From: Candidatus Latescibacterota bacterium
Lineage (GTDB): Bacteria > Latescibacterota > UBA2968 > SICM01
Assembly (NCBI GenBank): GCA_965217865.1
Contig: CBDCJO010000002.1
Span: 544,001-608,000 of the forward strand
Direction of reading: 5' to 3'
DNA length: 64,000 nt
The notes below the pieces were generated by a model. It ran no database searches. It had not been told where the DNA came from and saw only the letters and a program-made list of their open reading frames with translations. Shown here piece after piece: positions 11,344 through 22,656 of the stretch. The translations under genes and the position numbers were made by a program. Every line of letters starts with the position of its first letter. The first letter of the stretch is position 1.

Positions 11344-12876
11344 TTATTTTGATGCCTGATCTTCCCCGCCCCTTAAGGACCGCATCCACCGCTCCATTTC
11401 ACGGGTCGCAATTTCGCGGCTACCCAGGCCAAAAGCGATGGCCACGGCCACGGCCACCGCACCCAGCAGCAGGCCGAAGGCCAGGTTGATGATGTCGCTG
11501 GCCAGGCCCATCTGCTCGAGGGCCATGCCCGCCGCCAGGATGAGGATAGCAGTTCGAACGATTACGCTGAGTAGGCCCCCCTGCTGGCCGCCGCGCTCCC
11601 GGAGCACGCGGGCGGCCAGATCGCCCAGGAAGAGCCCGGTTCCGAAGATGATAATGCCCAGGACCACGTGCCCGACGAAGGTCGTAAGCTGCGTCAAAAG
11701 CCCGGCCAGGCCCTCAAAGCCCAGCAGGCCGGCGGCTTCGATAGCGGCGAAGAGGAGCACGGCCACCAGGAGCAGGTAGCCGACCCATTCTGCAGGCGTG
11801 CGCTGGCCTTGGGCAGGTTCTGGGCCGATGCCCATGCGGGATAGGACCGCATTAAACCCAATGCCGGTGAGGAGGTCGGCGACCAGGCCGGCCACAAAGC
11901 GCCCGATCAGGTAGGCGACGAGCAGGACCAGGGCGGAGGTGAAGATCGCCGGGACGGCGTACAGAATGGTGGTGAGCATCGCGCTGGCCGGGCCGGAGAT
12001 GGCCTCGAATCTCAGCGCGTCCAAAGCGGCGACAGCGGCCACGATGAGGATCAGGGTGTAGACAACCAGCCCGGACAGGCCGGACAGATTCCGCCCGCCC
12101 AGGGCGGTGCCCAGGCCGGCGCGTTCACCTGCCTGATCGATCCCTGTGGAGGACAGGAGGTTGGTGGTGGCGCGCTGCACGATGCGCGCGGCGAACCAGC
12201 CGATGAACAGGATGAGGGCGGCGGAGAAGAGATTGGGCAGAAATCCCATGATTTTACCAATCATTTCCCGGACGGGGGCCAACAGCCCTTCCAGCCTCAG
12301 GGCGCCGAGCACGGCGGGCAAGAAGATCATGAAAATCAGCCAGTAGAGGGCGTTCCCGATGTTCTGAGCGACCGAGAGTCCCTCCTCCCCTTCGATGCCA
12401 GAGGATTCGCCGAGGCGTTCGTCCACCCGTGCCGCCTTGAGCAGCCGGGTGACCAGCAGGCGGACCAGGCTGGCCAGCACCCAGGCCAGGAGCAGAAGCA
12501 GAACGGCGCTGAGGATTTGCGGAGCAAAGTTAAAGACTTTGACCAGCATTTGATTAAGCGGTTCGGTGACGATGGAGAACCCCAGCGCCTGGAAGGTGGC
12601 GACGAGGACAAAGAGCATGATCAAATAGTATATGCCCCTGGCTGTCCACTTTTCGACTTCGATCCGGGTATCGGCCTCTTCGCCGACGACCCAGCGGACC
12701 ATCCGGTTATCCAGGTCGGTCCGCCTGAGGATGCGCCGGACGAGCGCAGCGACGAAAAGGGCGATAAGCCAGCCGATGACCAGGACGGCCAGCGCCATCA
12801 GCACCGGCGGAAGCCAGTCGAACTGAGCGATGGAGGTCTTGACCGCCTGGACCAGTGTGTTCCACGAGCCTGTCAT
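11344..12876 (-). CDS. Conserved TM-helix repeat / mechanosensitive channel-like membrane protein (CmpX-like)
   Basis: Repeated PxLxxAxxxLxIGWxxA units; C-terminal AVAIAFGLGSREIA; RBS GGGAGGG before ATG 12876. Confidence 0.85.
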   Translation of the reverse strand: MTGSWNTLVQAVKTSIAQFDWLPPVLMALAVLVIGWLIALFVAALVRRILRRTDLDNRMVRWVVGEEADTRIEVEKWTARGIYYLIMLFVLVATFQALGFSIVTEPLNQMLVKVFNFAPQILSAVLLLLLAWVLASLVRLLVTRLLKAARVDERLGESSGIEGEEGLSVAQNIGNALYWLIFMIFLPAVLGALRLEGLLAPVREMIGKIMGFLPNLFSAALILFIGWFAARIVQRATTNLLSSTGIDQAGERAGLGTALGGRNLSGLSGLVVYTLILIVAAVAALDALRFEAISGPASAMLTTILYAVPAIFTSALVLLVAYLIGRFVAGLVADLLTGIGFNAVLSRMGIGPEPAQGQRTPAEWVGYLLLVAVLLFAAIEAAGLLGFEGLAGLLTQLTTFVGHVVLGIIIFGTGLFLGDLAARVLRERGGQQGGLLSVIVRTAILILAAGMALEQMGLASDIINLAFGLLLGAVAVAVAIAFGLGSREIATREMERWMRSLRGGEDQASK

Positions 12877-13249
12877 AGTACTGCCCTCCCTAATTGGAAT
12901 GAAGAATGCCTGCGCGGGTGTGCGGAATTCCGCTTCACGCTGTATTCGTCCCCCCCGATCCGGAACCACCGTACCTTTTTCCCGACTACAAGAAATGAAT
13001 TCCCGGCCATAGGCTATCTCCTTTGTGACAGATATTCGCTCAGGCGCCGTCCGTTTGGACAGCCGTTCTCAGTGGACCCGACGAGGTGTTTTTGATTGAC
13101 CGTCGTGGCCACTTCCGCGGAGATCAGACAAAAAATCCCGATCCGGCACCTCTCCCACTTATTTTGACGGAGTGTTATTTCCTATCTACTCTTTCTCCGA
13201 ATTTTCCGACGCCATATGCAGAATCTACTCCCCGATCTGTAGTCCCCGT

Positions 13250-14038
13250 ACAGTGACCACCGTCAAAAAGCGACTGCACGACTCCAGAAAGAGATTAAAA
13301 GAAAGGATGATCGAAATGGTCAGCGAATCCCTGAAGGATCATTCACCTGATGAACGTTTCAGCGAGAAAGTGGTGGGGGAGCTGCTCAATAGGCCAAAAC
13401 CGATGGAGATCGAAGGGCATCCGGTCAGAACGATCTGGGAACAGATCCGGACCGCCCTGTCCTCGTATGAAATCATCGGCGGTGAGGAAATCGTAGATAG
13501 ATCGGTGGAGGAGGATATGGGAGTCACCGAAATGGCTTATCACGTAAGCGATAATGAAATCCTCCGGACCCATACGACCCACACGACATTTCAGGCGATA
13601 AAGGGACGGAAACCACCCGTGCGTTTGCTCGCGGCCGGAAGAGTTTTTCGATCGGACAGTGAAGATCGACGTCATTCCAAAGTCTTCCATCAAGTCGATG
13701 GGATTTGCATCGACCAAACCGCTGATCTTCAGACCCTGAAATCAACGGTCCGGCAAACGCTCATTGCGGTGTTCGGAGAAGTCGAGATCCGTTGGCGCAA
13801 TCATGATTTCAAGTTTGTCGAAGCTGGTATTGAATTCGATATCAGATGGAACGAAAAATGGTTTGGAATGGGCGGCTGCGGGCTTCTGAAAGAAGATATG
13901 TTACGCCAGGCGGGTTTCAATGTCAAGAGGGTAAGCGGATTTGCTTTTGGGCTGGGAATAGAGCGGATTGCCATGATCAAGCAGGAAATCGATGATATTC
14001 GTCAATTATGGAAATCGCCATATGTGCCGGAGAGCTGA
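13250..14038 (+). CDS. PheRS alpha catalytic-like domain preceded by a sigma-70 region 4 remnant; 5'-truncated
   Basis: TTVKKRLHDSRKRLKERM then GHPV, ILRTHTT, GRVFRSD..H..FHQVDG, GGCG, GFAFGLGIERIAM..DDIR. Confidence 0.75.
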   Translation, partial: TVTTVKKRLHDSRKRLKERMIEMVSESLKDHSPDERFSEKVVGELLNRPKPMEIEGHPVRTIWEQIRTALSSYEIIGGEEIVDRSVEEDMGVTEMAYHVSDNEILRTHTTHTTFQAIKGRKPPVRLLAAGRVFRSDSEDRRHSKVFHQVDGICIDQTADLQTLKSTVRQTLIAVFGEVEIRWRNHDFKFVEAGIEFDIRWNEKWFGMGGCGLLKEDMLRQAGFNVKRVSGFAFGLGIERIAMIKQEIDDIRQLWKSPYVPES

Positions 14039-14262
14039 AGGAGAATGGTCATATCCCAAGCCTTTTCGCAATGGCCTTTCCTCCTCGACTATTAAGTGAT
14101 AGATGTTGCCCACGGGATTCAGATGACCTGTACACAATGATATGTCTTCCATTCGGAACACCCCAGTCCCGCGCCCTGCGAGCAACAATTATCGTTATTT
14201 CTCCACTTTTCGCTCTCGGGACAAGAACCTCACGGACATAAGATATAGCGGCCTCCCGAGAA

Positions 14263-15687
14263 GGTCAAGTCTTAAGCGTCCTGCAAAATGCAAGCCTTCA
14301 ACTGGAGGTCCAGTGAGGTTCAGGCAACGGCTACCATTTCAGCCGGTGGTGCGATCTGTCGTTCCTCATAGAGCAGCTGGAGCTGGAGCAGTTCGGTGGA
14401 CGTGATGTTGATATTCTGCCACCTGGCAGCGGCACGGATGAGAACAGCATAGACGAGCTTCAGGCAACTCTTTTCGGAGAAGAATCGCGGCAATGTTTTG
14501 GTTCGGCGGCGTTCCTCGACAAAGCTGCGTTCGATCAGGTTGGTGGTGCGGGCGAACTTCCGGAGTCGCCAGGGAAGCTGGAGGTGTGCGAGGAGAGCTT
14601 CGAGGTCCTCCGTGAGACACTTGCACAGACCGGGGAACTCCTTGCTGAACTTCTCCAGAAACTCTCGCACCGCACTTTGGCCGGCCTGAAGATCCGGGGC
14701 GTCACGAATCATCACCAGATACGGCTTGATCTCATGCCAGCGCGCATCGGGCACCTTGGCTGCAAAGTTGCGCATCCGATGCGCCCAGCAGCGTCCGCGC
14801 AGACTCTTCGGCCACATCTGGTCGATGGTCTGGATAAGCCCACCGGCTCCGTCGGTCGTGACGAACAGGGGTGCCGGTAAACCACGCCGGTCGAGATCCC
14901 GGACGAACTCAAGCCATGCCTCGCCGCTTTCTTTGCTGCCCAGACCCAGGGAGATCAGAACTTTCCGGCCGTCCAGTGTGATGCCCCAGGCGCACAGCAC
15001 GGCCTCCCGGGTGATGCCGTGGGTACGAAGCGGCTCGTACAGGCCGTCCAGGAACAGGCACAGGAGAGGAAAGTCGCTGAGATCGCGTTCCTGGAAGGCC
15101 TGGTATTGTTCCCAAAGGACTTCGGTGACTTCGCTGACCTTGCTGCGGCTAAGCAGGCAACGCCCCTGCTCATCAGTGAAGGCGTCCTCGATGTCCCGGG
15201 TAGACAGTCCACGCGCGTACATCTCGGTTGCCAGGCGCTGCACCATCCCTGAGTCGCCGCGCAGAAGATCGTAAAGGCTGCACCGGTAGGGCTCCTCTGG
15301 ATCCCTGACCTGAGGAATCGCGACCTCGAGGCGGCCTTCGGCAGTATCCAGATAGCCCGGCTCATAGCCGCTACGGTAGCCTCGACGACCTTCACCGCGT
15401 TTATACCGATCGACACCCAGGTGGTCCCGCTGATGCGCCTCAAAACCCTCCTGGCAGATCAGCCGGGTGGACAACTGAACTAGCTGAGTCAACGCCTCTT
15501 GGGCGCTCTCGACATCCTGGAGTCCTTCGATGAACTCCTTCAATTCCTTGCGCAATCTATCACTCGGAGCTATCTTCTTCATACGGCGTGACTCCTTCCT
15601 TTTGCCCACTCGGGGCGTCGAGGTTTTTGGGGACCTCTGGAAGATAGCTCACGCCGCTTCTTTTTGCAGGAAATCTAAGACATTACC
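14263..15687 (-). mobile_element. IS256-family element, complete
   Basis: Imperfect 26-bp IRs (GGTCAAGTCTTAAGCGTCCTGCAAAA vs GGTAATGTCTTAGATTTCCTGCAAAA); 9-bp duplication TCCCGAGAA at 14254-14262 and 15688-15696. Confidence 0.93.
14320..15582 (-). CDS. IS256 (Mutator) transposase
   Basis: MYARGLSTRDI, LFLDG, TTDGAGG, RCWAH, RTTNLIER. Confidence 0.93.
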   Translation of the reverse strand: MKKIAPSDRLRKELKEFIEGLQDVESAQEALTQLVQLSTRLICQEGFEAHQRDHLGVDRYKRGEGRRGYRSGYEPGYLDTAEGRLEVAIPQVRDPEEPYRCSLYDLLRGDSGMVQRLATEMYARGLSTRDIEDAFTDEQGRCLLSRSKVSEVTEVLWEQYQAFQERDLSDFPLLCLFLDGLYEPLRTHGITREAVLCAWGITLDGRKVLISLGLGSKESGEAWLEFVRDLDRRGLPAPLFVTTDGAGGLIQTIDQMWPKSLRGRCWAHRMRNFAAKVPDARWHEIKPYLVMIRDAPDLQAGQSAVREFLEKFSKEFPGLCKCLTEDLEALLAHLQLPWRLRKFARTTNLIERSFVEERRRTKTLPRFFSEKSCLKLVYAVLIRAAARWQNINITSTELLQLQLLYEERQIAPPAEMVAVA

Positions 15688-15712
15688 TCCCGAGAATCCA
15701 ACGCGTTGAGCG

Positions 15713-16962
15713 TGGACTTGACCCGGTTTCGTGGATACCTTATTACTTGGCAGAAAGGAGGATGCTACGATGCCGAGGTCACATTCGCCGTATCCACCGG
15801 AGTTCAAGCGGCAGATTGTAGAACTGGTGCGAGCGGGTCGCACGCCCCATGAGTTGTCCCGTGAGTTCGAGCCGTCGGCCCAGGCGATCCGGATCTGGAT
15901 GAGGGCCTCCGCAGTGACGGTCTGATCACCGAGGAGCGGGAGGAGATCAGACGACTGCGCCGCGAGAATAGGCAGTTGCGACAGGAGCGGGAGATCCTTG
16001 CAAAAGCCGCGGCCTGGTTCGCTCGGGAGACCAACTCGGTGCCAGGGGAGTCTACGAGTTCGTGAAAGCCAATCAGGCCTTCTATAAAGTAGCCACGATG
16101 TGCCGGGTCCTGGAAGTCTCCACCAGTGGGTACTACGCGTGGCTCAAGCGGCCGCTGTCGGCACGAGCGCAGGCCGATGTGGCTCTGACGGAACGGATCG
16201 TGAAGATTCACAAGTGTTCTGATGGCACCTACGGTGTCCCGCGCATATACGAGGAGCTTGTAGCCGAGGGGGAGCGGATCGGTCGCAAGCGCGTTGCGCG
16301 GTTGATGCGTGCTGCAGGCCTGGAGGGCGTAAGTCGTCGCAAACGGCATCGAACCACCTACCGTGATCGCGATGGGCGCGTCGCTGCTGACCTGGTCAAT
16401 CGAGATTTCACGGCTAACGGGCCAGACCAGCTCTGGGTAGCCGACATCACTTACATCAGTACGTGGGCCGGCTTCCTGTATCTCGCGGTCGTTGTGGACG
16501 CCTGGAGCCGCCGCGTCGTTGGCTGGGCGATGGCGACCCATCTGCGCGCCGAGCTGGTGCTCGAGGCGTTGAATATGGCGCTCTGGCAACGACAGCCGGA
16601 AGCCGTCATCCATCACTCCGACCAGGATGTCAGTACACCTCCATTGCCTTCGGTCTACGGTGCCGCAAGGCCGGTGTCCGGCCCTCTATGGGCTCCACCG
16701 GTGACTGCTACGACAACGCGTTATGCGAGAGCTTCTTCGCCACGCTCGAATGCGAACGCCTGGATCGCCGAAACTACCGCACACAGGCCGAAGCCCGGAT
16801 GTCCGTATTTCAATACATCGAGGGCTGGTACAACTCCCATCGGCGACACTCAGCACTCGGATATCTCTCTCCCATGAACTTTGAGCAGACCTCCAGCGCT
16901 GTTGCCCATGAAGCCGAATGAATCGCAACTGATAAACCGTCCGCTAAACCGGGGTAACTCCA
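15713..16962 (+). mobile_element. IS3-family element with frameshifted orfA/orfB
   Basis: TG...CA ends (TGGACTTGACCCGGTTTCGTGGA / TCCGCTAAACCGGGGTAACTCCA); orfA YPPEFK; orfB WVADITY, HHSD, DNALCESFF, RRHSALGYLSP. Confidence 0.92.
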
Positions 16963-17191
16963 GTCCGGAGGAGACTGCTCTGTACATTCCTCATTCCGGG
17001 GGCATCCTGGCCGTCGCGGACGCAATCGTCCGGTACGACGGAGATCTCGGATTTGTACCGGACTACCTGCTGGGAGGTGAGAACCCGGAGGCCATAAAGC
17101 GGGACCTTCGAGATGTGTTCCTCGAGCATTTGGATCGGGACTTCGACCACATGCTCTTCGCCCACGGCGATCCGTGGGTCGGAGGGGCTAA

Positions 17192-18717
17192 CAGCCCGTT
17201 GAAGAACTACCTTTCAACGCACATAAACGGAAAAGACGCCTGGAGTGCGGGTCAGATAAATCAAGGTAAGGAGATTGAGCAGGAGACGCTGATAAGAGGT
17301 TAAAAAGGTAACCGAGGGCAGCAAACGTGATTGTAGGACGAGCAGTAGACGCTGCAAGGCCTTGGCCAGGTCCTGGAGGGCCTTCGGAGTACCTACGCCC
17401 ATCACTTTGCGCATGAGCAGAGCCAGGTTGCAGCCCCCGATGTGGATCAGCAAACGCTTGAGGATATTGCCGCGGTCTCTCAAGTGCAACCTGCGCATGC
17501 CACCGGTATCATATGTGTGAGCGATGGTTCTTTCCACCCGTTCTGCACGACTTCGGCGCAAGGCCTTGCCGCGATCTCCCTTGATCCGGCGTCGATTCGC
17601 ATATACCGCGGCCTGCTCATCTCGTCGGCCGTTCCACTTGCGGCGTCCCCGATCCGGTTCTGAAATGTAACTCCGGATGCCGCCTTGCTTCAGACTGGTC
17701 AATACATCGTTGCTATGATATCCTTTGTCCGCAACCACCTCCCGTATACGCTGTCTGTGCAAACGTTTGGCAGCTTTTTCGTCCTTCGCGACCTGCTTGA
17801 GATTGAGCTGCGCCTCGAGCAGCGTCCAGGGCAACGACTCGGTATCTCCTTCATCTGCTCCCGACAACGCCACTGCCACAATGGCATTGGTGTCCAGATC
17901 CACCGCGTGCTCCACCTTGTGCGCCATGTGCGTGCGACCGTCCTTCATCTTAGCGATCTTGGCATCCGGGTCGTGCGGGTGCTCCCAGTCCTGGTTCGAT
18001 CCCTTCTTCGGTCGCTTCTTATCGATCTTGGACAAGTCCTCGCGGGTAGGCGTTTCAATGCCCGAGGCCTTGGCCAGATTCTCAAGGAATGCCTGGTAGC
18101 CTTCACCCGTGTCACGGCGTACAATGCTGCGCATCGCGGCGTTGGCCTCCAGTGTCGTAGCATCCACGCCCAACGTCTTCCCCTTCACCAGACCCGCTTT
18201 GCACAAGACCCTCAGGATCCACTTGAAAACCGCTTCGTGAACTTCCAAGGGAAGCCGATGCCGGATGCGAGACAGGCTGGAATGATCCGGGGTCTGTTCG
18301 TCAAGGGCATACCCCAAAAACCGACGCAACGTCAGCGAGTCAGATACACGCCATTCGATCCCACGTTCCGAATCAAATCCCTCGAAATACCCAATCAAAA
18401 GCATCCGAAAATAAACCCCGGGCGGAATGCCCTTGCGACCCATATGAGGAGCGTAATACCGCTGGCAAAGCCCCTCGACGAACTCGTCGAAGCCGTTCGC
18501 CCCCAATACCTGATTCAGCTTCTCGTAGAACGGATGACCCGGAGATTTCACCAAAGTGTTCGATGCGATGAACAGGTTTTCCTGTCTCTGTCGTCCTCGT
18601 TTTCCCATTGCCATTTGCTCGTCCTCCCTTCTCAGTTTGAACCTGATATATCATAGGACCAAACCACAAGGAAAGACAACAGTCATCTTGGCATAAACGC
18701 ACTTTTTCAACAGGCTG
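17192..18717 (-). mobile_element. IS1182/IS5-like insertion sequence, copy 2
   Basis: Inverted near-identical copy of 456-1983; CTAA duplicated at 17188-17191 and 18718-18721. Confidence 0.93.
17214..18614 (-). CDS. DDE transposase of IS copy 2 (1-nt deletion near the 3' end)
   Basis: 466-aa ORF nearly identical to copy 1 up to LQSR. Confidence 0.9.
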   Translation of the reverse strand: MAMGKRGRQRQENLFIASNTLVKSPGHPFYEKLNQVLGANGFDEFVEGLCQRYYAPHMGRKGIPPGVYFRMLLIGYFEGFDSERGIEWRVSDSLTLRRFLGYALDEQTPDHSSLSRIRHRLPLEVHEAVFKWILRVLCKAGLVKGKTLGVDATTLEANAAMRSIVRRDTGEGYQAFLENLAKASGIETPTREDLSKIDKKRPKKGSNQDWEHPHDPDAKIAKMKDGRTHMAHKVEHAVDLDTNAIVAVALSGADEGDTESLPWTLLEAQLNLKQVAKDEKAAKRLHRQRIREVVADKGYHSNDVLTSLKQGGIRSYISEPDRGRRKWNGRRDEQAAVYANRRRIKGDRGKALRRSRAERVERTIAHTYDTGGMRRLHLRDRGNILKRLLIHIGGCNLALLMRKVMGVGTPKALQDLAKALQRLLLVLQSRLLPSVTFLTSYQRLLLNLLTLIYLTRTPGVFSVYVR

Positions 18718-18943
18718 CTAAGGCGGGATTGCGCAATTTTCTAGATGGGTTACGGTTCTAAAACGAAATCCGTGGGAATAAGCGAAAGCCTGCTTTCCGC
18801 ATTGAAGATAGGTCGGATAGATTCACCGTTTCTTTAAGTGAGGCAAGGACATGGACAGACCCGGCGGGGTCGTCCGCTTCGAATGGATCAGCCGAATCTG
18901 AGGCTCTACGAGATCGATGCACTAAAGTAAAAAGAGGTTCGCT

Positions 18944-20342
18944 ATGGCTCCCGGTAGGAATGATCCTTGTCCCTGCGGCAGCGGAAAGAAATACAAGAGG
19001 TGCTGTTTTATCAAAGAAAAGGTCTCATTAACAACCATTACTCCTCATCTATTGCGAAAGACCAGCGATGAGGTTGTGAGCATGCTTTTGGAATATGCGG
19101 AGAAGACCTATGGCAACGAAAGCTTGCTGGAAGCCTGGGATGTTCATTGGTCTGATGTGGCCGGAGAGACGTTTGACTCTGACAACCCTTACCTTCAGGT
19201 TTTTATCCCGTGGTATATCTTCCAATGGTATCCGGAGGAATATCATTCCAATCTCAGATTTCCTTCGAAGCATACGGCCGTTGCCCGTTTTCTCAAAGAG
19301 AACGGCCGGAAGTTGGGTAATTTTACACGGCGGTTTCTGGAATCTGCGCAAAGGGAACCTTTGAGTTTCTGGCAGGTTGAGGCTATTGAATACGGTAAAG
19401 GAATGTTAATCAAGGACTTTGTCCTAGGGCGCGAGTGTTTCGTATACGAGGATTCCGGGACAAAGACCATTAAAAAGTGGGATATTTTGTTCGGGCAGGT
19501 CGTCGGCCTGGATGAGGAGTACATTCTGGCCGCAACGGGGCCTTATCCGTTGCAGCCTTCGATGTTTCGAGAATACATCAAGGTTTTTACGGACCGAATC
19601 AAGGAATCAAATTCTCATTGCGTTAATCCTGTTGATTTTCTGGAATTCGACGGTGATTTTGTTGCGTGTTATAAACAATGTGTCGAAGATCTGTTATCCG
19701 CCAATTCCGAAACTCCATAACACAGACGGGCAGAAACTGGTTTTCACAATAACCAGATATGCTTTCCCCCGGGAAAAAAGAGAAGAGATCCTCCAAAAGC
19801 TGAATTCCATGCGGAACATCGAGTGTGTTGGAGACGATGGCGAAGAATCGGAATTTTTATGGACTGTCGAGAGTCGACAGAAACGCCTTGAGCGTACCAC
19901 CAAGGGAAACATCAGGATCGGGGAGGGCTACATTCAAATTGAATGCAACAGCAGGTCACGAGATAGGCAGGCCAGGACACGGTTTGAAAAAAAATTTGGA
20001 CGCCTGATCGAATATGAGGGAACAGACTATAAACCGTTCGAACTAGATGAACTTAAAGAGACAACTGAGGATCCCGAACACGAAGACCTGGATAACCCCC
20101 CGGAGGAAGTGAGCCAGGAGTTTGTCGAGATGGTGGAAGGCCTGTATATGAGGTGGGCGGATGATAAGGTTCCCGCACTGGAAAACCAGACTCCAAAGGA
20201 AGCCGTGAAGGATCCAGGGGGAAGGGATAAGGTCGTTGCCATGATTAATGATTGGGAAAATATGGACTTCAGAGATCCTGAACGGCCGTTCCGGTTTGAT
20301 TTTAACAAGCTGAGAAATGTATTAGGGTTGGAAGTGGAGTAA
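18944..20342 (+). pseudogene. SEC-C motif protein with C-terminal Xre/MbcA/ParS-like segment, one frameshift
   Basis: [18 protein letters not shown]; second ORF ends WADDKVPALENQTPKEAV...LRNVLGL. Confidence 0.75.
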
Positions 20343-20442
20343 CGGTCAAATGAAAGAACTTTGCGTCTTTTTTTATTCCCTTCCGTCTATGTGAGTGAGA
20401 GACGTCCTGAGTGTCAAGAAACTCACAAAGAGGAGGCAGGTG

Positions 20443-20622
20443 ATGAAGACTTTGAGAAATGAAGAGATTCGGCAGGTCGTTCGGGATACCTATGGAGGGA
20501 TCGCAAAAGGGGAGTCCGCGGGTTGTGGATGCGGCTGCGTATCGGAAAATCATTCGGGACCGGAGGATACATCCCTGAACGTCGGTTACTCCGGGGATGT
20601 GTCCTCCGGTGAATATAGATAA
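20443..20622 (+). pseudogene. Arsenite methyltransferase-like N-terminal fragment
   Basis: RBS AGGAGG; EEIRQVVRDTYGGIA...GCGCGC...VGYS, then truncated. Confidence 0.55.
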
Positions 20623-20829
20623 TTCTTTTATAAATAAAAATTTGTGTTAAAAAGAAAAATTCATTCCCCTCACTGTTTCCTCCACTTTTTCTTGGAAGGA
20701 CGCCCCATGTGGTTTCCGCCGGAGAAGCGGAATCCTGGGTGATTGTGCACTTGACAAAATAGGGCTTGGCAGTTCTTGTGTGTTTCGTTATGCTTTGTGG
20801 TTTTGACCTCCACTTGGATTTGTTCTCCC

Positions 20830-21006
20830 GCTTAACCCCCCCCGATGCAAGTCAGCCGAAGGCGAAGGGAGGTATGAAATGCGATGAAACAGCTTGCCCA
20901 CATACGCTCGAAGGTCACCTCGCAGAATCCATTTCCGGTACTTCGGTGCCCATACCAGAGGATACTGGCTATCATAGACTGCGTGACTGGTCCGTCGGAG
21001 TCCCAT
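20830..21006 (-). pseudogene. tnpA: IS200/IS605 TnpA (Y1) fragment
   Basis: RRTSHAVYDSQYPLVWAPKYRKWIL. Confidence 0.8.
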
Positions 21007-21171
21007 CGTATGCCTCCTGAGTCGATTTGTGTCTCAGTGGTCTGAACACGATAAGACACCCTTTTACTTTCATGAACTATTTAGCAGCGGCGTTGTTGCA
21101 TGAACACAGGCTGCGGTGGCTGCGGGTGGAGCGGCGTAGGCTACTGAACAGGCAGGATTGAAGGAGAGGTC

Positions 21172-22656
21172 ATGATCACCGGCGCACTCAAATCCAAGGT
21201 GGACAGCATCTGGAACACGATGTGGTCTGGCGGCATCTCGAATCCGCTCTCGGTCATCGAGCAGCTCACCTACCTGCTCTTCATCAAGCGGCTCGACGAA
21301 CTACACACCCTGAAGGAGCGCAAGGCCGCCCGCACCGGCAAGCCTATCGAGGATCCGATCTTCACCGCCAAGCAGGACAAGCTCCGCTGGTCACGCTTTA
21401 GAGAGGCCGCGCCGGAGCAGATGTTTGAGACGATCCGCGACGGAGTGTTCTCCTTCATCAAGACGCTCGGGCAGAAGGGGGAGGCGGACGGCGAGGGGGG
21501 CTCGACGTACAGCCACCATATGAAGGATGCCCTCTTCATGATGCCCACGGCCCGTGTGCTGGCCAACGTCGTCGACCAACTCGACGGCATTGATATGGCC
21601 GACAGCGACACCAAGGGCGACCTCTACGAGTACATGCTCGGCAAGATTGCCACCGCCGGACAGAACGGGCAGTTCCGCACGCCGCGTCACATCATCCGTC
21701 TGATGGTGGACATGACTGCCCCCACGTCCAAGGACGTGATCTGCGACCCGGCCTGCGGCACGGCGGGCTTCCTCGTGGCCGCGTCTGAGCACCTGGTGGA
21801 GTACCACAGCGACACCATCTACAAGAACGCTGCGGCGCGCCGCCACTTCAACGAGGACACGTTCCACGGCTACGACTTCGACAACACCATGCTGCGCATC
21901 GGCAGTATGAACATGCTGCTGCACGGCGTGGAGAACCCAGACATCCGCTACAAGGACTCGCTGGCCCAGACCGACGATGATGACGCGGAGAAGTACTCCC
22001 TGGTCCTCGCCAATCCGCCGTTTGCGGGAAGCCTCGACTACGAGTCCACCGCCAAGGATCTGCAGCAGGTCGTCAAGACCAAGAAGACCGAGCTGCTGTT
22101 CCTTGCCCTGTTCCTGCGCCTGCTCCAGACCGGCGGCCGGGCCGCCGTCATCGTGCCCGACGGCGTGCTTTTCGGGTCGAGCAACGCCCACCGGACCCTG
22201 CGCAAGATTCTGGTCGAGGAGCAGAAGCTCGACGCCATCGTCTCCATGCCCTCGGGCGTCTTCAGACCCTACGCCGGGGTCTCCACCGCCATCCTGTTCT
22301 TCACCAAGACCAACTCCGGCGGCACGGACGACGTCTGGTTCTACGACATGCAGGCGGACGGCTATTCGCTGGACGACAAGCGCACACCGCAGCCGGAGAA
22401 GAGCGATCTTGCCGACATTCTCGCCCGGTGGCAGAACCGCGAGGCAGAGCACAAGCGGGCGCGGACGGACAAGAGTTTCCTCGTGCCCAAGGCCGAGATC
22501 GCGGGCAACGACTACGACCTCTCCATCAACCGCTACAAGGAGGCGGCATACGAGGCAGTGGAGTACGACCCGCCGAGGGTGATCATGGCTCGGCTCGCTG
22601 AGCTCGAAACTGAGATTGCGACGGGGCGGGCGGAACTGGAGGCGTTGTTGGGATGA
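21172..22656 (+). CDS. hsdM: Type I R-M methyltransferase subunit
   Basis: GQFRTPRHII, DPACGTAGFL, LANPPF, AVIVPDGVLFG. Confidence 0.95.
   Translation: MITGALKSKVDSIWNTMWSGGISNPLSVIEQLTYLLFIKRLDELHTLKERKAARTGKPIEDPIFTAKQDKLRWSRFREAAPEQMFETIRDGVFSFIKTLGQKGEADGEGGSTYSHHMKDALFMMPTARVLANVVDQLDGIDMADSDTKGDLYEYMLGKIATAGQNGQFRTPRHIIRLMVDMTAPTSKDVICDPACGTAGFLVAASEHLVEYHSDTIYKNAAARRHFNEDTFHGYDFDNTMLRIGSMNMLLHGVENPDIRYKDSLAQTDDDDAEKYSLVLANPPFAGSLDYESTAKDLQQVVKTKKTELLFLALFLRLLQTGGRAAVIVPDGVLFGSSNAHRTLRKILVEEQKLDAIVSMPSGVFRPYAGVSTAILFFTKTNSGGTDDVWFYDMQADGYSLDDKRTPQPEKSDLADILARWQNREAEHKRARTDKSFLVPKAEIAGNDYDLSINRYKEAAYEAVEYDPPRVIMARLAELETEIATGRAELEALLG

Larger units (their letters stand above)
16963..18761 (+). 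pseudogene. C-terminal fragment of an MBL-fold-like hydrolase interrupted by IS copy 2
   Basis: PEETALYI...FDHMLFAHGDPWVGGA continues after the IS as KAGLRNFLDGLRF-stop across the CTAA duplication. Confidence 0.6.

Noticed and set aside
13172-14038. Housekeeping pheS
   Set aside because: No pheT neighbour, altered Phe-binding loop and a sigma-like N-terminal segment.
456-18717. Composite transposon bounded by the two inverted IS copies
   Set aside because: Each copy has its own target duplication (CTAG and CTAA), indicating independent insertions.
20620-21060. TnpB/omega-RNA system beside the IS200 tnpA
   Set aside because: tnpA is a short fragment and no tnpB ORF is present.
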